From Bacillota bacterium (GTDB taxonomy: Bacteria > Bacillota > DTU025): 64,000 bases of DNA. The notes under the pieces were generated by a model. The model worked only from the letters and a program-made list of their open reading frames with translations, was not told the origin of the DNA and ran no database searches. This document shows, in pieces, positions 21,598 through 29,455 of the stretch; position 1 is the stretch's first letter, and every line of letters starts with the position of its first letter. Location: positions 1-64,000 of the forward strand of contig JBMNJT010000007.1 in assembly GCA_050951805.1 (NCBI GenBank), in the 5' to 3' direction. Both the position numbers and the translations under genes were made by a program.

Positions 21598-21882
21598 ATG
21601 GCGTTTTACTACGATTACTACGTATTGCCGGAGGAGACTGCTTGCAACTGTGCATCTTATCCTGGGTATGACTTGTGGGCAGATCAATTCGGCCGCCCAT
21701 GGCCTGGCCCACCATGGTGGTATAGTCCATGGTGGTGGTATCCGCCGTGGTGGTACGGTCCATGGCATCCCTGGGGCAGAACGCCCGGTCCAGGCCCCGG
21801 AGGTCCTGGAACTGGCCATCCGGGCGGGCCTTCGCTTCCTCCAGACTTCCAGCGACCGCGAAGCGATGAGGTAGAACAATAA
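21598..21882 (+). CDS. Trp/Pro/Gly/Tyr-rich small protein, possibly a spore coat-type structural protein
   Basis: GGAG/GGGTG RBS, ATG at 21598, repetitive PWW/PGP composition, followed by a terminator hairpin. Confidence 0.6.
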   Translation: MAFYYDYYVLPEETACNCASYPGYDLWADQFGRPWPGPPWWYSPWWWYPPWWYGPWHPWGRTPGPGPGGPGTGHPGGPSLPPDFQRPRSDEVEQ

Positions 21883-21964
21883 CCCAGAGCGGAAAGAACG
21901 GTTCGCACAGCAAGACAATAATTAGTCTGTCAATAGCACAGATACACGACTCAATAATGTCGTC

Positions 21965-21989
21965 GAGGGCAGGGATTGTCCCTGCCCTC
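21965..21989. terminator. intrinsic terminator-like hairpin; target of intron copy 1
   Basis: GAGGGCAGGGA-TTG-TCCCTGCCCTC perfect 11 bp stem, 6 nt upstream of the intron 5' end. Confidence 0.75.
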
Positions 21990-21995
21990 ACATTC

Positions 21996-24087
21996 GTTCG
22001 CCCGGCATGTTTGTTGAGCCGATGGACTGAAAGAAGTCCTGTCACCTAACCAGCGGGAAGACAACCCCAAGGCAAGGGCGTCGCTGGTAACGGCGGGGTC
22101 TGAAGGAAGCTTTAAGGGGGAACACGGAACGTAGCGAAAGCGAACCGAAGTTGGCCTGTCAGGTGGGTAACCTTGCGAAGTATGGGAAAGCCCGAAAGCT
22201 GGATAACCTGGGGGGTTTTGACGGACGGGTTCGTGTTCAGGCAGACAAACTTAACCGGGGAAGCCCTGCATCATCCAGATAGCTGGTAAGCCCAAACAAG
22301 CGGAGACGCAAGGATGGGAATATGTGGTGTGGGGTGGCAGATGAGTCCGTAGTAGTTATGAACCCTCAGCCCATGAAAGCTGGCAACAGACCGGAGGATA
22401 AAACTGAGGGGACAGCGGCCGGGAGCTGCTGGGCTGCATAGGCCAAAAGCCTATGCAGTTGCGAAGGGACGAAGGCAAACCAAAGCGTGCAACCTAGTTA
22501 CAGGCAAGCATGGGAGAGAGATAACAGAGGCTGAAATGCCGATGGGAACGGGGGAGCCGGGGGCGACGAGTCTGCTGGTCCCTGCGCCCGCTCAGCAGAG
22601 TATCAAAGTTTCGCGGGGTAGATTGCCTTAGAGCTAGAGACGCCTCGCAGGCCTTGGGAAGAAACTGCAACCATGCAAGCTTGATGGCCAAGGAAGCACG
22701 GCGAGATGAAGGAGCTAATTGATGAAACACTACAGCTTGATCGATAAGGTTTACCGGATGGATAACCTTAGAGCTGCATACAGGGCCGTCAGGGCCAACA
22801 ACGGGGCTCCCGGGATAGACGGTGAGACCGTGGACGCCTTCGGCGAGAACCTGGAAGCCAGGCTGGCAGAGATTTATCAGGAGCTCAGATCAGGATCTTA
22901 CGAACCAAGTCCGGTGCGGCGGGTAGAGATACCGAAGCCAGACGGAAGCAAAAGGCCTCTTGGCATACCCACCGTTGGCGACAGAGTAGTGCAGCAAGCG
23001 CTGCTCAATGTGGTTCAGCCAATCTTCGACCCCGAATTCCATCCATCGAGCTATGGGTACCGACCCGGGCGATCCTGTCATCAAGCAGTGGCAAAGGCAG
23101 AGAGGTTCATTAATCGCTACGGTCTCAAGCACGTAGTGGACATGGACTTGTCAAAATGCTTTGACCGACTCGATCATGACCTGATCATTGAGTCTGTGAA
23201 CCGAAAGGTCAGCGACGGAAGCATACTTAAGCTGATCCGGAAGTTCCTTGAAGCAGGAGTCATGAAAGACGGGGCCTGGGAGGAAACAACCATAGGCAGT
23301 CCGCAAGGCGGAGTAATATCGCCTCTTCTTGCCAATATCTATCTTGACTACTTTGATCAAAAGATGAAGTCAAAGGACATCAGGATAGTGAGGTACGCTG
23401 ACGATATACTCATCTTTGCGCGGACAAGGCGACAGGCGGAAAAGTTCTTGGAGATAGCGTGCGAGATCCTTGAGGGCGAGTTAAAGCTCGTTGTGAACAG
23501 GGATAAAACGCACATAACCAGCGTCTATAAGGGAGTGCCCTACCTTGGGTTTGTCATATACCCTAAGGTAGTAAGCATACACCCCAAGAAGCTGGCGAAG
23601 TTCAAGGACGCCGTCCGCAAGCTGACTCCCCGCAATCATGGGATGAGTGTTGAGCAGATGGTGAAGCGACTGAACCGATTCCTTCGTGGATGGATCAACT
23701 ACTTTCGAATTGCGAACTGCAAGACGATAGTAGCCAGCCTGATGGGGTGGATAAGGCGGCGTCTGAGGATGAAGCAGATGAGGGAGTGGAAGAGCTGGAG
23801 GGGCCTGCATAAAGCACTTCGAAGGCGAGGCTACTCAGGCGAATTCCTAAAGATATCCATGAGACGATGGAGGAACTCGGCAAGTCCTCTGGTCAACATG
23901 GCGCTTCCTCAGGCTTGGTTCAGTGAGATAGGACTGATTGACCTCACGAAGTATGAGGTCGGCGTCTTGCATCTCTTCTATGAAGCGAAGTGACTAAGGT
24001 TTGCCAGGAGCCGTGTACGGGGCCCGTACGCACGGTTCTGTGAGAGGGATGACGCCAGGCTGATTACCTGGCGCCACCCTACTCGAT
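21996..24087 (+). mobile_element. group II intron, class C-like, full length (copy 1, 2092 nt)
   Basis: 5' GTTCGCCCGGCATG; D5 GAGCCGTGTACGGGGCCCGTACGCACGGTTC (24008-24038); D6 with bulged A ending CTCGAT; RT ORF in D4; boundaries defined by three copies. Confidence 0.95.
22719..23993 (+). CDS. ltrA: group II intron reverse transcriptase/maturase, no endonuclease domain
   Basis: GAPGIDG (RT0), RPLGIPTVGDRVVQ, GSPQGGVISPLLANIYL, YADD, thumb/X domain RGWINYF. Confidence 0.96.
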   Translation: MMKHYSLIDKVYRMDNLRAAYRAVRANNGAPGIDGETVDAFGENLEARLAEIYQELRSGSYEPSPVRRVEIPKPDGSKRPLGIPTVGDRVVQQALLNVVQPIFDPEFHPSSYGYRPGRSCHQAVAKAERFINRYGLKHVVDMDLSKCFDRLDHDLIIESVNRKVSDGSILKLIRKFLEAGVMKDGAWEETTIGSPQGGVISPLLANIYLDYFDQKMKSKDIRIVRYADDILIFARTRRQAEKFLEIACEILEGELKLVVNRDKTHITSVYKGVPYLGFVIYPKVVSIHPKKLAKFKDAVRKLTPRNHGMSVEQMVKRLNRFLRGWINYFRIANCKTIVASLMGWIRRRLRMKQMREWKSWRGLHKALRRRGYSGEFLKISMRRWRNSASPLVNMALPQAWFSEIGLIDLTKYEVGVLHLFYEAK

Positions 24088-24142
24088 AGTAGCCGGCATC
24101 ATTCTGCTGTTCTCAACATTTACGGATTAGGCGGACGTTAAG

Positions 24143-25726
24143 CTAGAAATCGCGGCCCTCTCCCATAACGAGAGCCCTGTAGGCAACCTCTGTCTTTTCC
24201 TGATAGCTTCCACTGCGATCCAAGGCATATGCACGCCCCATCGCCGTTACCACTTCTACATTCATCCCTGACGGGATCTTTGCCTCAAGAATCTCTAGTA
24301 GATCAGCAGCACCCTGTGGCGGACTGCTTCGACCATCAAGGATCAGATGAAGCCAAGCCCGTCCAATTCCTTTTTCCGCTGCTGCTCTGAGCACTGCAAT
24401 CCCCTCGTCCATATTCCCGTGAGAGCTCCGTTCCGACAGCATAGCTATTACATGAATATCGCCGCCATGGCTCCGCGCCGCTTCAAAGCCGTAATTGACT
24501 GCCTCATTCTCTTTGAGCCCTCCAGCGCCAACAGCCTGCGAAATCCGGAGTTCGTCTTGGGGAACAACCCGCCCGGCGCCGAGAGTTAGATGCCCGGTCT
24601 CCGAATTGCCTGACCTTCCCTTTGGCAAACCAACGGCCATCCCAGCCGCAGCCAGAGTCATATATGGACATTCCTTCCTCATTCTGCTCATACACGGCGT
24701 GTTGGCAACTGCAATCGGGTTGATGGTTGAATCATCTATGCCAACTCCCCATCCATCCAAAATAACCAATACCAGTCGATCATAAGTTCCCTCATGGACG
24801 GCGCGGCACTTGCCGGTCATCTCCTCGGGCACAGGTACGCCCATCATGCTCAACAGCGTGGGCGCAACATCTGCAAGGGTGGCATCCTCCGCCGCCCTCA
24901 GTTGCACAGACGGCCCTCCGGTCGCCAACACCAAGCCGAACGGCACACGACTACATGTATGGCTAAGGTTGTGGCTCCCATCTTCATTCACAAACCTCTC
25001 GAGCAGCCCATGATCTGCAGTTACAGCAACTGCATAACCATGTTGAGCCGCAGCTAGGCATATGGTGCTGAGCGCTTGATCTACCGCTTCAGCACAGAGC
25101 ACATTAGCATTCCAATCATCCAGATGCCCAATGATGTCCCCCGCCGCTAGGTTCACAAGGATGAAGTGCCTGCTATAACCACTGGCGTTCGCAGCAGCCA
25201 TCGAGCGCTCAGCTTCGAGGGCAACTTCCACCGTGCTCGTAGCCGGTTTCGAGACAAATTCTGATGAGTGGGGACTTGGCACAGTAATCCACTCTTCATT
25301 GGCATACGGTGCAACGCGCCTGCCATTGAAAAAGAACGTAACATGCGCCGCCTTCTCCGACTCGGCAATCCGCGTCTGCGCCACGCCGGCCTGACTCAGC
25401 GCCTCACCCATGGTTCCTTCAGGACGAAGAGTCGGAAAGATTGTGGGCAACTCAGCAAATTTCTCATGATATTGCACCAACGGAACAACGCTCAGATCAG
25501 GCATGGGTTCCGTTTCGAATTGATCAAATAGCGGGTCAGCTAAGGCCTCTGTGAGCTGTCGTTCACGGTCCCCACGCCTGCAACAAAAGAATAGAGAATC
25601 GCCATTCTTTATCTTGCCCACAGGCTTGCCATCGACGACGCGAGTCAGTGGAGTCATCCAGTAATCCATTTCTCCCCGGCTGTAGCACTCTCTCAAAGCC
25701 TGCTGCAAAGAAGCTGTTGTCTGCAC
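24143..25726 (-). CDS. circularly permuted 2,3-bisphosphoglycerate-independent phosphoglycerate mutase-like protein (GpmI family)
   Basis: Canonical C-terminal motifs (AESEKAAHVTFFFNG, GDIIGH, TADHG, SHT, LADVAPT, EMTGK) come before canonical N-terminal motifs (LVILDGWG, GLP..GNSETGH..GAGR, LDGR, GRAYALDR). Confidence 0.9.
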   Translation of the reverse strand: MQTTASLQQALRECYSRGEMDYWMTPLTRVVDGKPVGKIKNGDSLFFCCRRGDRERQLTEALADPLFDQFETEPMPDLSVVPLVQYHEKFAELPTIFPTLRPEGTMGEALSQAGVAQTRIAESEKAAHVTFFFNGRRVAPYANEEWITVPSPHSSEFVSKPATSTVEVALEAERSMAAANASGYSRHFILVNLAAGDIIGHLDDWNANVLCAEAVDQALSTICLAAAQHGYAVAVTADHGLLERFVNEDGSHNLSHTCSRVPFGLVLATGGPSVQLRAAEDATLADVAPTLLSMMGVPVPEEMTGKCRAVHEGTYDRLVLVILDGWGVGIDDSTINPIAVANTPCMSRMRKECPYMTLAAAGMAVGLPKGRSGNSETGHLTLGAGRVVPQDELRISQAVGAGGLKENEAVNYGFEAARSHGGDIHVIAMLSERSSHGNMDEGIAVLRAAAEKGIGRAWLHLILDGRSSPPQGAADLLEILEAKIPSGMNVEVVTAMGRAYALDRSGSYQEKTEVAYRALVMGEGRDF

Positions 25727-25771
25727 TCCATGTCACTCCTGCACTTCGTTGTCTGCTCTAAGCAGCGAATG

Positions 25772-26836
25772 TTATTTGGGGAAAACCAAGCCGTTCTGGA
25801 TAAACGCACGGGTGCGGTCGCCAGGCTCAAACCTCATTGAGGAATTCGTCTGGACCCTGAGAAGATCCTCGCCAATTCGAACCCGGTATTCGATGACATT
25901 TCCGAGGAATATCCTTACGTCCACTTCGCATTCGACCCCTTGTTCGGTCCCCAGGATGATATCCTCCGGCCTGATAGCGAGGATATAGTCTCCTTTGTTC
26001 ACCGATGATCCGTCAAGATCAAACTCCGCCCCGCCACGAAGGCGAATGTCGATGCCTTTTTCAGTCTTGCCAGTCACACTGCAGGGAACGAAGTTCATAG
26101 TCCCTATGAAGTCGGCAACGAACTTGTCCTTCGGCGTTTCATATATGTCATGAGGCGCACCCTCCTGCACTACTTTGCCGGAGTTCATTACGGCAACCCG
26201 GTCTGACATGGCCATTGCCTCAACCTGGTCATGAGTAACATACAAAATGGATATTCCCGTCTTGCGCTGAATGTCTTTGAGCTCAAAGCGCATCTGCTCT
26301 CGCAGTTTCGCATCGAGATTGGAAAGAGGCTCATCAAGCAGCATAACCCTTGGGTCGGTAGAAAGCGCTCTCCCCAATGCAACGCGTTGCTGCTGTCCAC
26401 CGGAGAGTTCCGATGGGAACCTTCTTTCCAAGCCCTCGAGTTCAAGTAGGTCTAGCAAGTAAGCCATTTTAGCATTGATCTCTTCTTTTGGCCTTTTCGC
26501 CAGCCGAAGGGGGTAGGACATGTTCTGTTCTACTGTCATATGCGGCCATACTGCGTAGTTTTGAAAGACCATTCCTATGCCCCGGCGCTCAGGCGGCACC
26601 ATCACGTTTTTCTCCGGCGAAGTTACCAACTGACCGCTTATGTGTATCTCGCCCTCAGTGGGCTGCTCCAACCCTGAAATGCACCGGAGTGTTGTCGTCT
26701 TCCCGCATCCAGAGGGCCCCAGAAGCGAGAAGAACTCGTTCTCATGAACTGTAAAGCTCACATCGTGAACTGCTGTAAACGTCCCAAACCGCTTGACTAG
26801 GTTTGAAACCTTGATTCGTTCTTCCACCCTTGCCAC
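25772..26836 (-). CDS. ABC transporter ATP-binding protein (FbpC/AfuC/PotA type, TOBE domain)
   Basis: GPSGCGKTT, LSGGQQQR, LLDEPLSNLDA, YVTHDQ. Confidence 0.94.
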   Translation of the reverse strand: MARVEERIKVSNLVKRFGTFTAVHDVSFTVHENEFFSLLGPSGCGKTTTLRCISGLEQPTEGEIHISGQLVTSPEKNVMVPPERRGIGMVFQNYAVWPHMTVEQNMSYPLRLAKRPKEEINAKMAYLLDLLELEGLERRFPSELSGGQQQRVALGRALSTDPRVMLLDEPLSNLDAKLREQMRFELKDIQRKTGISILYVTHDQVEAMAMSDRVAVMNSGKVVQEGAPHDIYETPKDKFVADFIGTMNFVPCSVTGKTEKGIDIRLRGGAEFDLDGSSVNKGDYILAIRPEDIILGTEQGVECEVDVRIFLGNVIEYRVRIGEDLLRVQTNSSMRFEPGDRTRAFIQNGLVFPK

Positions 26837-26849
26837 CTCCGCATACCGT

Positions 26850-28538
26850 TCACATACTGATTTCGCCTTTTGAAAGCTTCCGCACGATTGCGTTGCCAGC
26901 CAAGATCACAAGCAAAACAATCGTAGACAACGCCGCAGCTATCTGGGTGTACCCGGCATCTTGCATGTTGTATATAACCACTCCTATAGTCTCAGCGCCC
27001 TGTGACCACAGAAGAACGGACATGGTCAACTCCCTCAGAGCTGGCATGAAAACCAGGATCCACCCGGCTATGAGGCCAGGTTTGATCAACGGCATCACAA
27101 TGTCTTTCATTGTCTGAGTCCATCCTGCCCCGGAAACCCGCGCAGCTTCCTCAAGCGAAACATGCACCTGCTGAAGAGTCGCGTTGGTAGTGCGAATCGA
27201 AAATGGCATGTACCGCACTAGGTAAGCCGCAAGTATGACCCATATCGTGCCGTAAAGCATCACAGGGGGTCGCGACCAGGCCAAGATCATGGCAATTGCC
27301 ACCATAGTACATGGCACCGCGTAAGGTATGGTTCCTACGAAGTCGAGAGTCTTGGCTCCCTTGATCTTGGCCCGCACAGACATGTAAGATACCAAAGCTC
27401 CAACGGCCATGGTGATTGTGGCAGCAGAAACCGCCAGGAACAAGCTGTTCCTAAATGCCCTGGATGCCATGGGCAGATCCAAAATGTATTTGTAATGACT
27501 CGTAGTCATATTCGCAAGGTTCAGCGGTGCGCCCCAGTATTTGAGGAATGAAGTCAAAAGCATCGATATCAGCGGAACTACCCCTGCAAAAAGCGATACG
27601 AGGACAACGATGATAAGGACAGGGATCCGCCAACCGCCTAGACTCATTGTTTGAGGCCTGACGCTCTTGCCCGCAATCACTGTATACCTGCTTTGCCCAC
27701 GCTCCAGTCTCCTCTCGAGAATAAGGGGAATCCCAGATGTAATCGCCAGGATAACCGCCATCGCAGTCGCCAATGGCATATCCGGTATGGACAGAGCGGA
27801 GTATATCTTCGTAGTCAACACGAAGAACCGGGCCCTGAACCCAAGAAGAGCCGGAATTCCGAAGTTGGATATGCAGCCGACAAACGCAAGCAATGCGCTA
27901 GCTGTGATCGCAGGCGTGATCAGTGGCATAGTTACATCTATGAGAGTCCTAAACGGACCTGCGCCAGACATCCTCGCGGCTTCTTCTAAGCTCGTATCGA
28001 TCTTGCCAAGCGCCCCACTCACAGTTATGAAAACGACGGGAAACTGATATACAGCGAGCACTAATACTACCCCGGCAGCACTGTATATGTTCCACGGAGC
28101 AGATGTCGCGCCCGTAAGCGTCATATATAGCTTAGATACGTAACCTACTGGTCCAAAAAGCTGAGCCCACGCCATCGCACCAATGAACGGCGGTATGCCA
28201 TACGGCAGCAGGAGCAGCATCCTCAACCACGACTTGCCCGGGATATCTGTTCGGACAACGAGCATAGCCAGGATAGTGCCTACAGCCACACATATCAGAG
28301 TAGACAGAGACGAAACCCAGATGGAATTCCAAAAGGCTTTAAGATTGGCTGACTCAGAGAAGATTTTCACATAGTTTTCGAAAGTAAAACCCGCCTCAGA
28401 ACTGAAACTCTTAACTACAACAAGGGACAGAGGGTACACGATGACGACCAGGAAGAACAGCCCAATGATGGCCATGAACACATAGCGTACATCCATAGAT
28501 CGTCGTCCAACTGCTGTGTCCGTATTCAATCGAATCAT
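26850..28538 (-). CDS. ABC transporter permease, fused two-domain (FbpB/AfuB type)
   Basis: Two EAA motifs (SLEEAARMSGA, SLEEAARVSGA); start ATG 28538 or TTG 28529 after AGGAGG. Confidence 0.92.
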   Translation of the reverse strand: MIRLNTDTAVGRRSMDVRYVFMAIIGLFFLVVIVYPLSLVVVKSFSSEAGFTFENYVKIFSESANLKAFWNSIWVSSLSTLICVAVGTILAMLVVRTDIPGKSWLRMLLLLPYGIPPFIGAMAWAQLFGPVGYVSKLYMTLTGATSAPWNIYSAAGVVLVLAVYQFPVVFITVSGALGKIDTSLEEAARMSGAGPFRTLIDVTMPLITPAITASALLAFVGCISNFGIPALLGFRARFFVLTTKIYSALSIPDMPLATAMAVILAITSGIPLILERRLERGQSRYTVIAGKSVRPQTMSLGGWRIPVLIIVVLVSLFAGVVPLISMLLTSFLKYWGAPLNLANMTTSHYKYILDLPMASRAFRNSLFLAVSAATITMAVGALVSYMSVRAKIKGAKTLDFVGTIPYAVPCTMVAIAMILAWSRPPVMLYGTIWVILAAYLVRYMPFSIRTTNATLQQVHVSLEEAARVSGAGWTQTMKDIVMPLIKPGLIAGWILVFMPALRELTMSVLLWSQGAETIGVVIYNMQDAGYTQIAAALSTIVLLVILAGNAIVRKLSKGEISM

Positions 28539-28590
28539 CCCCCTCCTACAATGGGCTGGGGTACACTGCATACAGTAATGTACTCCCCAG

Positions 28591-29455
28591 ATCGAGTAGG
28601 GTGGCGCCAGGTAATCAGCCTGGCGTCATCCCTCTCACAGAACCGTGCGTACGGGCCCCGTACACGGCTCCTGGCAAACCTTAGTCACTTCGCTTCATAG
28701 AAGAGATGCAAGACGCCGACCTCATACTTCGTGAGGTCAATTCATCTCGCCGTGCTTCCTTGGCCATCAAGCTTGCATGGTTGCAGTTTCTTCCCAAGGC
28801 CTGCGAGGCGTCTCTAGCTCTAAGGCAATCTACCCCGCGAAACTTTGATACTCTGCTGAGCGGGCGCAGGGACCAGCAGACTCGTCGCCCCCGGCTCCCC
28901 CGTTCCCATCGGCATTTCAGCCTCTGTTATCTCTCTCCCATGCTTGCCTGTAACTAGGTTGCACGCTTTGGTTTGCCTTCGTCCCTTCGCAACTGCATAG
29001 GCTTTTGGCCTATGCAGCCCAGCAGCTCCCGGCCGCTGTCCCCTCAGTTTTATCCTCCGGTCTGTTGCCAGCTTTCATGGGCTGAGGGTTCATAACTACT
29101 ACGGACTCATCTGCCACCCCACACCACATATTCCCATCCTTGCGTCTCCGCTTGTTTGGGCTTACCAGCTATCTGGATGATGCAGGGCTTCCCCGGTTAA
29201 GTTTGTCTGCCTGAACACGAACCCGTCCGTCAAAACCCCCCAGGTTATCCAGCTTTCGGGCTTTCCCATACTTCGCAAGGTTACCCACCTGACAGGCCAA
29301 CTTCGGTTCGCTTTCGCTACGTTCCGTGTTCCCCCTTAAAGCTTCCTTCAGACCCCGCCGTTACCAGCGACGCCCTTGCCTTGGGGTTGTCTTCCCGCTG
29401 GTTAGGTGACAGGACTTCTTTCAGTCCATCGGCTCAACAAACATGCCGGGCGAAC
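28591..29455 (-). mobile_element. ORF-less group II intron derivative (copy 3, 865 nt)
   Basis: Same 5' end, D1-D3, D5 and D6 as copy 1, with a 1227 nt deletion (copy 1 positions 22711-23937) removing the RBS, start and most of the RT ORF; junction at about 28740/28741. Confidence 0.92.

Noticed and set aside
21696-21775. CCATGG-based repeats as a CRISPR array
   Set aside because: Short imperfect codon-level repeats with no spacers and no cas genes; no CRISPR array was seen in the window
21341-22045. 234 aa minus-strand ORF with HHGG repeats
   Set aside because: It starts inside the intron and is the antisense shadow of the Trp/Pro-rich ORF, which has the RBS and terminator
22719-23993. RT as a retron, DGR or CRISPR-associated RT
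   Set aside because: It has RT0, YADD, a maturase domain and flanking D5/D6 ribozyme structure in multiple copies, so it is a group II intron protein
28706-28957. 83 aa ORF across the deletion junction, and similar ORFs at 22494-22730 and 30813-31049
   Set aside because: Antisense to intron RNA domains; a by-product of the repeat and the deletion
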